Positions 1-14,641 of a stretch of DNA of 64,000 nucleotides are shown in pieces; positions within the stretch are counted from its first letter, which is position 1, and each line of letters starts with the position of its first letter. Location: positions 12,338,001-12,402,000 of the forward strand of contig OX597837.1 of NCBI GenBank assembly GCA_951406725.2, given 5' to 3'. Source of the DNA: Octopus vulgaris (Eukaryota). The notes under the pieces are model-generated. The model had not been told where the DNA came from. It did not search any database and was given only the letters and a program-made list of their open reading frames with translations. Position numbers and translations under genes: made by a program.

Positions 1-170
1 ACTTTTCTCTACAGCACTTTTATGGTTCAATCTATTCTAGTATTGTAAGGATAATTACACAACATTTAGTACTTTTTCATTTATTGAAAAGTATTTAGGA
101 AGTATAATATTAGTTACAACAAAAAGAAACAATAAAACTCTGCACTGTAAATGCCTTGATAACGTTTTTT

Positions 171-965
171 TTAACATGGGAAGTGCTTTGACAATCGAGA
201 TTTTCTAGAGTGTATACCTTCATATCTTCTGACTAGAGACCATATATAATCTCCCATCATAGCAGTATCCCATTGGCCTTGGTTTCTTCTTTTCATTGTT
301 GTGACGTCATGATTAAATCTCTCACCATGATCTTCACTTAATGGCGTTTCCAGTACACAGATGTCTTGCAGTCTCCCCCAAGTAGATTCCATTCCTTCAA
401 CCTTCATGAAAGTTCAGCTCCTGACTTAGTAAGACCCAGATCCCTGATTAAATCATCTAGCTCACTCTGATTTGGAAAGTGAGGCTCCGAAGTCGTTCAT
501 GGTATGAAAGCTTCCTCCAATTCTTGGCTGCTGCTACTTGTTGACTCTTCAGATGAAATATTTTCTGGTGATAGTGATACTCACAAATTGTCAGGTGCTC
601 TAGATGATGGCATGTCTGGATTCTGAAGAGCTTATCTTCTTTTCACTTTTCTGTACTTTGTCACATCGATCATACAAAAGTAACAGTCATCGTGATGGTT
701 CTTTGGCTCTGTCCATACCCTTGGAATGGCAAAAGGCATTGACCTTCCTGTACCTCTTAACCATCATTCTAGAGTAGGCTGACAGCTTCCACATATGGGG
801 GCCCATGGTTTGTCTTGGTCACCCATGGTCATTCCGAAATAGTCTGTACGCTATCCACAATTTAGCACCTTTCACGATCTTATGTAATACCTGCTTTTTT
901 CCAATATAATAACCACAAACATAGCAAAATGTATCTGGAGAATTTTTACATACTAGAGTAGCCAT
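171..965 (-). mobile_element. Degenerate, internally deleted DNA transposase remnant (Sola-like, probably Sola2)
   Basis: Minus strand reads MATLVCKNSPDTFCYVCG from the ATG at 965, then DQDKPWAP, MPFAIPRVWTEPKNHHDDCYFCM and the C-terminal SEDHGERFNHD...QGQWDTAMMGDYIWSL. I recall these motifs from Sola-type transposases. Stops and frameshifts are present. Confidence 0.6.
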
Positions 966-2460
966 CTTGAATGTAACACAACTTAGTAATTGGTCTGAAG
1001 GAGAAAATTAGACATACATTTAGTAGCGGAACATTATAACAATACCGAATATATAATATTGAAAATCGACATATTTTATAACTGTTGTTGATACACAAAA
1101 AATAATTTCATTTTTGGAATCAGCGGAAAAAATTGATTGATAAACAATAAAATAAATACAATAAACAAATTTTATTTTTGGTTACGTTGTGTAATTTTTA
1201 TTTACTAAAATAGGTCAGAAACCATTGTCCAGGATTAGATGGTAAATGTTTTTATTTTTCATTCCCGTCGAGAATTTATCTCTAATCAGTGGTTTGGACT
1301 TTAACTGGTTTTTTTTAGCGTAATGGATTCCTATGATGGAAAATCACAGAGAATGAGCAACTTGTACAACCACACACACACACACACGTCATGACTAGTT
1401 ATCTCCCTTGCAAAGCTACATAAAGGTTAAAATCTACAAAATGGCGACAGTCTCACTCCGTTGTGATTAAGAGAGGAGTACAGTGTGTCTGATCGGACTT
1501 TTTCAGCTCAACATATTTACTAGAACCAAGAAGATTAAAAGGATAAAGATTTTGAGTGAAAAACATTGAATGATTAGTTTATTAGTTTGGAGCAAACTTC
1601 ATTTCTTTCTGCAAAACTGTTCTGTTTATAGCTACGTCAGAAAAAGAAAGAAAACTGCTCGTGTGTGAAAAGTGAAGAGTAATCTGGACATCCCTAGATG
1701 TAAAGCATCGTCTGTATGTTTGCAAACAGAGTGGGTCTTCCTGAATTCTTTCAAGAGCCAAATGGTTAAACTATACAACGATGTTTTATAGTAATTCGAA
1801 CAGAATAGTGTAACTATATCATATTTGTATTTTGCCATACTCTGTTTTCCTGAATAAAAGAAGAATCTTTATTTCCTGACGTAAACTATGTGATATAATG
1901 ATTCCTTTATAGTTTTAAGGTTTTTGTTTTCTATTTCAGGTCGATGGACAGAGACTGAAAACGAAATATACTAAATTTTGACCAAGAAAATCTCAGCAAA
2001 TCCTACTAACAATTGTCTATCACAAAAGAGGAGTTGTTCACCGTCTGTTTGTCCATCACAACATCTATTAGAGGGAGGGAAGAAGGGAAGGGATCAAAAA
2101 GTGAGATAACCCCTGTCACGGCGTTCTTTTTAGAAGCAAAGGAGGGGGTGTTGTTGGGGAAAAAATCAGGGAGAGAGAATGTGAAAGAGGTAAATAAGAC
2201 TGATAGATTAATTTTAAGTTAAAGTCTTTCAACGCAACATAGACCTCTATATATAGACTGGGTCGTTACTCGGAAGCATAGCGACAAGAAGTCATTAGTA
2301 TATTATTAATATTAATTTGGATCACAAGACACTGATGTTTCAAATTTTACGTCGTAAATACGGGAATTAGATTATAGTTAGTGTATAGGATCTTGCCGTT
2401 CCTCAAACTCACTGAGCCAACATTGGGAAAAACAGATTAGAATAGAACCTGTCAAAGAAA

Positions 2461-3912
2461 ATGTCGAAGTTGAACGAATTTGTCAGCCATTATGGTTCAT
2501 GTCGATGGCGGCTGTGCTATGTCAGCTTTTTCGCTTTGCTTCTCATGCAGACTTTACGTGTAGACCTGAGTATGTCGTTAGTTTGCATGTTAAAAACACC
2601 CAATCGTACAACTGATGAAGTCGACCTTACTCGAAATAACGAACACTGTTCTCGTTTAGACAATCGTACATCAAATGGAGAAAATTTTGAAGGAGAGTTC
2701 GAATGGGGCAATACTCTTCAATCAAACATGTTAGCTGGATACTATTATGGATACATTATTACTAATCTTCTTGGCGGTGTATTAGCTGACAAATATGGCG
2801 GAAAGAGAGTTATGGGGGCTTCCATATTCTCGGCTTCTCTCCTGACCATTCTTCACCCAAGTCTAACACGAATAAGTGGTTATTTCACTCTTGTATTAAG
2901 GATACTTACAGGTCTGGTTTCAGGGCCCATGTGCCCTGCTGTCTTATCTCTGTGGGGACGGTGGGCTCCGCCATTAGAAAACAGCGTGTTGGTTGCAGTC
3001 TCTTTCTCTGGTTTATTAATCGGTAGCATTCTGGGTTTGTCAATTTCCGGTTTCCTTTGCGTTTATGGCTTTGACAATGGATGGGGTTCTATATTTTATA
3101 TATTTGGGGGTATATCTTTGGTGTTTAGTTGTGTGTGGTTTTATGTCGTTTATGATACCCCAGATGTCCATCCGACTATCAGCGACAAAGAACGTTCCTA
3201 TTTAAACAAAACTATAATACACAAGGGCCAAGTGAAGAGCGTTCCATGGAAGAGAATCATGTGTACTCCCGCTGTTTGGGCTCTTATAATTGCTCACACA
3301 TTCTACAATTGGACGATTATTTCTTTCCAGCTGCTTCTGCCTTTGTATATGAAAGAAGCATTAAATATCGATACGAAATCAAATGGTTTAATGTCTTCAG
3401 CTCCGTTCATTGGACAGTTCGCGGCTGTGCAATTCTGTGGAAGGTTTGCAGATATTTTGCGTTCAAAGAATTATCTTTCAACGCGTTCTGTACGAGTTCT
3501 CTTCCAGAGTATTTGTTTCCTTGGCTCAGCATCACTGCTGATTGCCATAGGATTCCTTGACTGTGAACAAACAACCCTGGCCGGCATTCTGTTCCTCTTC
3601 ACGGGTATCTGCTTAGCATTTTACATTGGCGGCTTCAATGTCAACCACGTGGACATTGCTCCTAGATACGCTGGTGTATTGATCGGCATTACCAACACTT
3701 TTGGTTCATTACCCGGATTCTTGGCTCCATTATCATCCAAAGCTCTTACACCGAATGGGACACAAGAAGAATGGCAAATTGTCTTAGCTTTGTGTGCGGC
3801 ACTTTCTGTATTCGGAACGATAATGTTCGCGATATTGGCGAGTGGAGATGTACAGGAATGGGCAAAATCTCAAGAAATGCCAAATAGTTCTTCTAAAGCG
3901 GAAGAATCATAG
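2461..3912 (+). CDS. SLC17/sialin-like MFS anion transporter, paralog 1 (483 aa, intron-free CDS, most divergent copy)
   Basis: Uninterrupted ORF with LRVDLS, FEW, GYYYGY, GGVLADKYGGK, WGRWAPPLE, GWGSIFYIFG, VYDTPDVHPTIS, VPWKRI, NHVDIAPRYAG and EEWQIV, the SLC17 family motifs. Confidence 0.95.
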   Translation: MSKLNEFVSHYGSCRWRLCYVSFFALLLMQTLRVDLSMSLVCMLKTPNRTTDEVDLTRNNEHCSRLDNRTSNGENFEGEFEWGNTLQSNMLAGYYYGYIITNLLGGVLADKYGGKRVMGASIFSASLLTILHPSLTRISGYFTLVLRILTGLVSGPMCPAVLSLWGRWAPPLENSVLVAVSFSGLLIGSILGLSISGFLCVYGFDNGWGSIFYIFGGISLVFSCVWFYVVYDTPDVHPTISDKERSYLNKTIIHKGQVKSVPWKRIMCTPAVWALIIAHTFYNWTIISFQLLLPLYMKEALNIDTKSNGLMSSAPFIGQFAAVQFCGRFADILRSKNYLSTRSVRVLFQSICFLGSASLLIAIGFLDCEQTTLAGILFLFTGICLAFYIGGFNVNHVDIAPRYAGVLIGITNTFGSLPGFLAPLSSKALTPNGTQEEWQIVLALCAALSVFGTIMFAILASGDVQEWAKSQEMPNSSSKAEES

Positions 3913-4048
3913 AATCTAAGGCAGTCTGCATGAAAGTTATTTCCATGTATTCCATTTTCTGTAACTTTTTTTGGTTTTGAATTTTATCAGACATAAAATT
4001 GTATTACTGCATCACATTTATCATTTTTAGTCTTTCTAGAATGATTAA

Positions 4049-4115
4049 GCCGGCGAGCTGGCAGAATCGTTTGCATGCCGGACAAAATGCTTAGCGGCAT
4101 TTCGTCCGTCTCTAC
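4049..4115 (+). mobile_element. 5' fragment of tRNA-derived SINE (family A)
   Basis: gccggcgagctggcagaatcgtttgcatgccggacaaaatgcttagcggcatttcg matches the head of the fuller copies at 25082 and 30123. Confidence 0.75.
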
Positions 4116-4286
4116 TTTTTTCCTTTCGTCTGTCTTACTATTATTATTACTGTTATTTTTCCCCTTTTAAAACTTGCTTGCAAATATCCAATTTTTTTTT
4201 TACCCCACTTGTATTCTCCCTTATTGTATCTTATTTTAATTTACTTTATTTTATGAAACCTTTTTGATGTTCTTACAAAACTTCTC

Positions 4287-4385
4287 CACACTGATGAAAA
4301 TGGCAATGCATAAATTTAATTATAATTACTGTGGTTATAATTTCTTTCTTGCATATTTGTATTGTCCTTTGAAACATGCGTATGT
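4287..4385 (+). ncRNA. Type I hammerhead ribozyme motif, long stem II
   Basis: aca-CTGATGA(4291)-aaatggcaatgca...tgtattgtccttt-GAAA-catgcg-TA-tgt. Stems I and II pair, and stem III is minimal. Confidence 0.75.
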
Positions 4386-4796
4386 ATTGAATCCTATTTT
4401 GTATTTAATCTAATTTTGATTCAACATATTTTTCTCCTCCATTTTGCTATAATTGTTTATAGTATTTTTATACCTATAACGATATTTTTCAACTACAATT
4501 TTCATATTCGTATTCTTGCTCTGGCTGTTTTTCTATAAATACGATGAATCTTTATTAGAAATCATTCTCTCTCTCTTTTCTGACCTCTCAAAAAGTTTGA
4601 ATTGTTCTCCGCCCCCCAAACAATAAAAATAAGTACCAGTTGTATAGTGGGGTCGATATCATCGACTTAAGCCCACCCCCCGAGCATTCTGGCCATTAGC
4701 CAAAATTTAAAACCAATATTACATGAAAGCGCATCAGGAAGTATACTTACTGTATGTATGTATATGTATATATCAATCTATCTATCCATCTATCTA

Positions 4797-4852
<56 letters not shown>

Positions 4853-4893
4853 CCGGTACAGAACGGTCTGTACATCTAGGATTATGAAGGCTC

Positions 4894-4966
4894 CCTACTG
4901 ATGATTCTTGTCTTGGCAGATAAATTCTGTTTGTTTGCCAAAAATAGATGAAACCGTCGGTCTAGG
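4894..4966 (+). ncRNA. Type I hammerhead ribozyme motif
   Basis: ccta-CTGATGA-ttct..ttggcagataa..ttgtttgccaa..agat-GAAA-ccgtcgg-TC-tagg. Stem I is ccta/tagg and the cleavage triplet is GUC. Confidence 0.8.
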
Positions 4967-5160
4967 ATATAGCTGAGATGGTAAACGTTTTTAATTTTCA
5001 TTCCTTTCATGAATTCATCCATTTTTGTGTGTCTAGCACAGCGCTTCTTTATTTGGAAGCCCTTTATTGTATTTCTATATGAATAATATATAGTCTAATG
5101 ACTAATTCGTCTTTTGTGCTGGGTCACTGGTAATAATAATTTATTTTTTATTATCCTATT

Positions 5161-5233
<73 letters not shown>

Positions 5234-6094
5234 TTAGAGACAGGTGTCCACTATATAGAATACAGCTCGAAGGGTAAATTGGAGCGGGTAGATGAGTAAA
5301 TGAAAGCAAGTTAGATAAATCGATTTACACAGGATATTAAATACATTAATATATTAATAAAAAACATGTACATGTGTATGAATATTAAATAGTGCGACTT
5401 ACAGAATATAAATGATATCAAGAGTTAAATGGGTAGGGTTTGAGCTGTTGGACACTCGTAAAACTCTACCTATTTATATATACATTATGATCAAGAAATA
5501 ATTTATGATTAAAAAAATAAACGTAATTGCGCTTTGCTTAAATATAGAATTTCCAACTACGAACGAAATTTGGGACGCTATATGCATGCAAGAATACAAC
5601 AATGGATGGTGTTCAGAGGAATCGAAAACAGATCTGATAAAAATCATGTAGATGTAATGCTTTATATTCTATAAAATATTAATCTCAACCATCTTGTTCT
5701 GTTTTTCTTTGTTTTTTTTTAATATTTTTTTTTCTTATGCATTTGTCTGCTTCCTTCACCATGAAGGTTGGAGGCGCGTGGCTTTGTGGTTAAGGTGTTG
5801 GACTCATGATCGACAGATTGTAGTTTCAATTCCTGGATCGAGCAATCCGTTCTGTTCTTCATTTCACCTTGCTCCAGTTCACACAGCAGGCAGAAACGAG
5901 TAATCCGACAACGGACTGGATTTATATACCATTCATCAGTCTTCTTTCTCAATTAAACATATTCCATCGTTATTAAGCCGATGTTTAGAACATAAATTAA
6001 CGTGGTTTACATTATAGAACCAATGGCGGTCTCAGGCGAGTCGGTGCCAGAATGGTTGATCATATCTATGCCTAACCTCGTAAAAGCTTGGACA

Positions 6095-6970
6095 CAGGTT
6101 TCAAATTTTGGCGCAAGGCCAGCAAGATCAGGCGAGGGGATAAGACGTTTACATGGACCCCAGTACTCCACTGGTACTTATTTTATCGACCACAAAAGGA
6201 TAAAAGGCAAAGTCGATCTCGGTGGAATTTGAACTCAGGATGTAAAGGCAGAGGAAATGTTGCTAAGCATTTCGCCCGGTTTGCTAACAATGCACCCGTG
6301 TCACCGTCTTAAGTGAAAGCTGTTGATTTTTTTTTTTTTAGTAAAGACACAAAGCCTGAAATTTGCGGGGAGGGGATAAGTCGACTACATCGACCCCAGT
6401 GTTTAACTGGTACTTATTTTATCGAGCCCGAAAGGATGAAAGACAAAGTCAACCTCGGTGGAATTTGAACTCAGAACGTAGCGACGAGCGAAATACCTAT
6501 TTCTTCACTACCCCCAAGGGGCTAAACACAGAGAGGACAAACAAGGATAGACAAACGGATTAAGTCGATTATATCGACCCCAGTGCGTAACTGGTACGTA
6601 TTTTATCGAGCCCGAAAGGATGAAAGGCAAAGTTGACCTCGACGGAATTTGAACTCAGAACGTAACGGCAGACGAAATACCGCTAAGCATTTCGGTCGGT
6701 GTGCTAACGATACTGCCGAGTCACCGTTTTAAGTGAAACCTTTGGATATTAAAAAAAAAAAAAAGAAAGGAGTCCGGCTAGCAAACTAGCTAGCATGCCG
6801 GTCAAAACGCTTAGCGGCATTTCTTCCGGCTTTTTCTTTCTGAGTTCAAATTCCGCCGAGGTGTACAGTGCCTTGCTTTCTTACGTTGTCGATAAAGCGA
6901 TTCCCAGTCTACCACCGGAGTCGATATAATCGACTAGCTCTCAACTTCCCCCCACAACATGTTTCAGGCC
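6095..6970. mobile_element. Cluster of family A SINE copies (minus-strand copies 6095-6730, plus-strand copy ~6770-6970)
   Basis: Repeated aaggatgaaaggcaaagtcgacctcggcggaatttgaactcagaacg (reverse complement of the SINE body with a B-box-like gagttcaaattcc). Confidence 0.8.
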
Positions 6971-7649
6971 TTGATATTACCAAACAGGAGAGAGAAGTTA
7001 TAACAAGTTTATCTTTTTATTATCATGGCCAATAATTGCTATTGTAAAATCATTGTTTTATAAACACTTCAGAATGAAACTTTCCATTCTCTTACATAAT
7101 CTGTATAATACACTTTCCAACCACTAGAATCGCTTTCTGTTTATATTTTCATTTAGCCTATTTCCTCTCCAGCTCATATTATAAGCTCCCAAATTTCCCT
7201 CGCTCTCCCACTATCCCTCCTCTATTTTTCGCTCATGCCAGTAGGCGTTTGATTTAGTATACGTTTAGATGCGTGTGTGTAAGTGTGCGCGTGTCTGTAA
7301 CTAATTACTAACTTGTGTGTACGTGTGTGTTTGTGTGTTTGTGTGCTAGTTCATGTGTCGATAATGTTAACAGAGCCCCGCCACGGTGAGTGTACATACG
7401 TCACCAAATGCAAAAAGCTACGATTAACAAACATATCAGATCTAGTAATCTGCGGTAACAGCTGGATTCTGCAAAACTGTAAACACTCGGCCAAACAGTA
7501 AGTATAAAAATGATTTACTTTTCAATTTTTAAGAAGCATGTACAACGTATTACCCTTCTGTTATGAATGCGTGGAGAACCTCTTCAGCATTATTACGTTA
7601 GCCGAAAAGAAATCCGAAGTCGGAATGCTTCGTTTCTCAGAACCAATGT

Positions 7650-9895
<2,246 letters not shown>

Positions 9896-10096
9896 TGTGA
9901 GTGTGTATGCGCACAATTCCAATATTTACTTTTGAGTAGTCGCAATGACTAGAGAAATGTAATATCTTGGGTAGTTTGAAAGGAAGCGTCGGTTACGAAT
10001 ATGTAATATGTATATATGTATGTATAAGAATGTATGTATATATGGCCACAGCTCGTGAGCTGAAACTAGATAAAATAAAAAAAATATACATACATA

Positions 10097-10500
10097 GGCG
10101 CAGGAGTGGCTGTGTGGTAAGTAGCTTGCTTACCAACCACATGGTCCCGAGTTCAGTCCCACTGCGTGGCACCTTGGACAGGTGTCTTCTACTATAGCCT
10201 CGGGCCCACCAAAGCCTTGTGAGTGGATTTGGTAGACGGAAACTGAAAGAAGCCCGTCGTATATATGTATATATATATATGTGTGTGTGTGTGTTTGTGT
10301 GTCTGTGTTTGTTCCCCTAGCATTGCTTGACAACCGATGCTGGTGTGTTTATGTCCCCGTCACTTAGCGGTTCGGCAAAATAGACCGATAGAATAAGTAC
10401 TGGGCTTACAAAGAATAAGTCCCGGGTCGAGTTGCTCGATTAAAGGCGGTGCTCCAGCATGGCCGCAGTCAAATGACTGAAACAAGTAAAAGGGTAAAAG
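10097..10500 (+). mobile_element. tRNA-derived CORE-like SINE (family B), near full length
   Basis: ggcgcaggagtggctgtgtggtaagtagcttgct...gagttcagtcccactgcgtggcaccttggacaggtgtc shows A/B boxes and a CORE-like segment. Related copies lie at 26148-26310, 36060-36135, 37095-37160 and 54402-54855. Confidence 0.8.
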
Positions 10501-10507
10501 AGAGCAA

Positions 10508-10580
<73 letters not shown>

Positions 10581-10670
10581 GTATATATATATATGTATGT
10601 ATATATGTTTAACAGATTGATATAAAAAATCCAAGGCTGTGAATAGTTTTCAGAACATTTATAAATAAAA

Positions 10671-10716
10671 CTTACAGCTGTTTCCGGGATATTTTATATA
10701 TCCCTTCATCAGAGAC
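10671..10716 (-). ncRNA. Minimal type I hammerhead ribozyme motif
   Basis: Reverse complement: ct-CTGATGA-a-gggatat-ataaa-atatccc-g-GAAA-cagctg-TA-ag. Stem III is the palindrome cagctg. Confidence 0.75.
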
Positions 10717-10789
10717 GGTGTGAGAAAATGTTTTAGTAATGGTTATTGTAGAGAAGATATGAAATACAGAAGGAAGTGAAGGATTGAAA

Positions 10790-11065
10790 AGAGCTGGCAG
10801 AATCGTTAGCACGCCGGGCGAAATGCGTAGCCGCTACGTTCTGAGTTCAAATTCCGCCGAGGTCGATTTTGCCTTTCATCCTTTCGGGGTTGATTAAATA
10901 AGTACCAATTATGCACTGGGGTCGATATAATCGACTTAATCCGTTTGCCTGTCCTTGTTTGTTCCCTCTGTGTTTAGCCCCTTGTGGGTAGTAAAGAAAT
11001 AGGTATTTCGTCTGCCGTTACGTTCTGAATTCAAATTCCGCCCCTCGTGGGCAATAAAGAAATAT
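10790..11065 (+). mobile_element. tRNA-derived SINE, family A
   Basis: gagctggcagaatcgttagcacgccgggcgaaatgc...gagttcaaattccgccgaggtcg. Confidence 0.8.
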
Positions 11066-11595
11066 GAAACCTCTGGGGCGGCAAGGAATCGAGGCGCAGT
11101 AAAACAAACAAATTACATAATATTCAAAATTACAAAATAGCGTTAATTTGAAATTACACAAAATATTCAGGTTAATTTGGGCCATTTTATTAACGAGGAG
11201 CGTCAGTGAAGGAATTTTTTGCTTCGAAGGACAATAATGGATATGAGCGTGAGTTCAAAACCTGGCAGAAAGGTAGCTTCAAATGGAGCAACCCCATGGC
11301 CTCTGCTGTGAATACTAGGATGCTTTTGTTGTAACAGATTACAGCAAACAACTTACCAAAATTTCGCAAAACTTTTGCCTCAACACAATATTAGACAAAA
11401 GCCAACACTTACTGATCTTCGTGTTACAAAAACAGCATCCATCGACGTCTGCCTCGTGTAAAATTCCCATTAAAATTAAGTAGTGGTTACATAGCAATCT
11501 ACGTAATTTACGTCCTAAATTAACTGGAATATTTTGTAGCCATGAATATTTTGTAATGTAGGTAATTTAGAATGTAATGTTGGTAATTTAGAAAA

Positions 11596-14318
11596 TTGAC
11601 AGGGAATGACAGGGACCAACAGACAGACATAAAACCCAACACTAATATCAACAACACATATACCAGAAACAGGAACAATGAATATATCACTAGCGATGAT
11701 AGTAATAATGGCAATGGTAGGAATAAAGGTAATAACAATAATAGTGGTAGTAGTAGTGGTGGTGGTAACAGTAGAAGTAGTAATGAGGATAGTAGTGATA
11801 GTTGTGGTGGTAATAGGAATACTAGTAGTAGTAGTAGTAATGGTGATAATAATAATAGGAAGGCTGATGTTGGAAACAGTAACGATAATGAAGATAACCC
11901 TAGAAAGACCATTGACATGTATACCCATCCCTTTGACACTCAATTCTTCAACGTATGCGACAAAACTTACTGCATGAACCGAATTTATCAACAACATTAC
12001 CCTTCAACAAAAGGGTATACATCCCAAGACGTACTAATGACCACATGGAAGCACAGTTTACTATAGCTAGGACCAAACTTAGACAGATTTTAGGATTATA
12101 CATTAAGAGACAGAGACAGAATAAGACAGATGCCCAACAACTAGGATTAAACCTGCATGTGGCCTACAGAAGCTCATTCAGCGCACGAGGAACGGAGAGG
12201 TGATATGCCTTCCCACGGATAAGTCCGGCAGGATGTCAATAGACAGCTTACCGAACTACATCCAGGCAATGCAACCTCATATCGCCAATACAAAAATAAC
12301 AACTGTACAGGCGCATGAGGAGAGAGAAAAGGTCCTCAATGCCCACATGATGATATGGACAATTGTTGTGGGACCCCAGAAACGTACTGCAAAGAATTTC
12401 CAAGCCTGGAACAATGATATCCCGGTACTGTATGGACTTCGCAAGGACCATAAAGGTTTTTACTGACCCTATAGCAGGACCACCAACAAGACCAGTCTGT
12501 GGAGCGAATATCGCTAGCAATTACAGAATCTCCTACTTCCTCTCAATGATCATACGCCCTATAATCAGGATGTCACCTGATGTGTGTGACAGCACAGAAG
12601 ATCTCCTAAGCAGGATCAGTGACTGTAACAAAACTTGTGACTTGACAGGATGTATAGTAGGTAGCATGGATGTGGTATCCCTATACCCATCGATTGACGT
12701 GGATTTTGCAGTGGAGAAGTGCGTGGAGATGATCAACGAGAGCCAGGTGGAGTTCTGTAATGTCGACACAGAAGAACTGGGCCTCCTACTTAGACTGACA
12801 TATAATAGTGAATACTTAGATAAACATAATCTTAGTAGTTTCTGCCCCAGTAGAGGTTTAAGAGGTAGACCGCCTACAATTACTTCTATGGCTAGGAAGA
12901 CTCATATAGAAAGATGGCGCGGATGGACCAGAGCCATACGGAGCCCCGCAAATGTCCATCAGGTAAAGAAAATGATCGCACATGCACTAGTAGCTAGTAT
13001 AAGAGTTACCCTAAAAGGCCACACATTTAAATTTAATAATAAAATATATGCCCAGGACGAGGGGGCAGCCATCGGTGTTAGTATCGCTGGTGATGTGGCC
13101 AACATTTTCATGGTATGGTGGGACAGAAGGCTTAAAGAACGCCTACTGCAGAAATCCATACTCGTAAACATGTACTCTCGCTATGTTGATGATATCAACA
13201 TAGTAGTAAAGGCACCCCCACAAGAGAGTAATGTTGATATAGTAATAGAAACTAATACTATGGAGAGCATCCAGCAAATAGCTAACTCCATCCACCAGAG
13301 TATTAAAGTCACAATAGACTACCCCACTAAACACCCCAACCATAGACTACCAGTACTAGACACTGAACTCTGGCTAGAAATTGTGAAAAATAAAACCCAA
13401 ATCCTTCATTCATACTATGCAAAACCTATGGCCTCAAAATACCTGATCCACCGGAACTCAGCCATTGCGGGCAATGCCAAATTCAATATTTTGATGGCAG
13501 ACCTCGTCAGAATAATGAGAAATGTGTCACGCATGTGCGAGCCTACAGAATTAAAGAGACACATACAGTATTTCATTCACCGCATGCAGTTCTCAGGTTA
13601 CAGCCATAAAGAAAGGATCAGAGTATACAAAGGAGCCATGAAGAAATTTGATAATATATTATGTAATGATAGGAATGGTATTTGCCCACTCTATAGGAAC
13701 AAGTCATGGAACACTATAGAAAGGACAAAAAAGAAAATAGGGAAGGCCAACTCTTGGTATGATAGCCATAAATACCAGAGTGTCATGTTCGTTGACACCA
13801 CCCCTGGAGGTGAACTAGCGTACCGCTTTAGAAGGACCCTAGATAAACTTAAACTAAGAATTAAGGTTGTTGAAAAGCCAGGCAACCCTATCAAATCTAT
13901 AATTGGTAGAAGCTATCCTTTTAGTAGAACCCTCTGTACGGATAACTATTGCACCGTATGTAGATTTAGCCCACAAACAAACTGTAAAGCCAGAAATGTA
14001 GTCTATAGTATAAGATGTATAGAGGGACGATGCAGTAACAAGACAATAACATACGTAGGGGAAACGGCAAGAAGCATAGGAGAGCGGGTGAATGTACATT
14101 GGAGACAGCTCAAGGAAGGTAAAAGCTCATCGATTCTGTACCAACACGCCGAACAGGAACACGGGGGATCAATCAATAACATAGAGATTAAGATATTGTC
14201 CACACATAGAACAGATGCAACAATTAGACAAATTACAGAAGCTACACATATTATAGAAAATAAACCTAGCCTGAATAGAAAACTAGAATGGAGCAATAGC
14301 ACACACCACAACATATGA
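11596..14318 (+). mobile_element. Penelope-like retroelement (Naiad-like): RT plus C-terminal GIY-YIG endonuclease; N-terminus broken by at least 2 frameshifts
   Basis: Fragments read LPFNKRVYIP, GLQKLIQRTRNGEVICLPTDKSGR and PVLYGLRKDHK. An open frame then carries GPPTRPV, GSMDVVSLYPSID, GAAIG, YSRYVDD, LPVLD, YYAKPMAS, CTDNYCTVC and NVVYSIRC...YVGETARSIGER. Confidence 0.9.
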
Positions 14319-14412
14319 CGATAGAGGATCCCGAAAACATAATAAATAAATACACAGATAAATAAACAAATAGAAATGAATAACTATATATATGTATATA
14401 TGTCTATGTATG

Positions 14413-14461
<49 letters not shown>

Positions 14462-14563
14462 TCGGGGTGAGTACTTGATAATTATAAGCACATGTGTATA
14501 CCGTTTGGTGGTGTAGGTGGTGGAGTAAATTGATCAAAATAAAAACATGATGCCAAGGATTCA

Positions 14564-14641
14564 GCGGTACATATGTTTCGGGCCTTTATTAGACAGATTT
14601 ATAACAATGCATAATGTATGTCTGTGGCCTTCTTCAGCCGC
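14564..14641 (-). ncRNA. Type I hammerhead ribozyme motif
   Basis: Reverse complement: gcgg-CTGAAGA-a-ggcc...ggcc-c-GAAA-catatg-TA-ccgc. Stem I has 4 bp and stem III is palindromic. Confidence 0.8.

Noticed and set aside
2461-3912. Assigning the symbol SLC17A5 (sialin) or VGLUT
   Set aside because: Family membership is clear, but orthology cannot be established without a phylogeny, and key residues differ.
6095-6970. tRNA-like A/B boxes, and repeats with spacers resembling CRISPR arrays
   Set aside because: These are SINE heads without a cloverleaf. The context is eukaryotic, with no regular repeat-spacer periodicity and no cas genes.
12363-14400. Possible selenoprotein recoding, as reported for some Naiad elements
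   Set aside because: The main ORF has no internal TGA. The terminal TGA is followed by CGA TAG, and I could not identify a SECIS.
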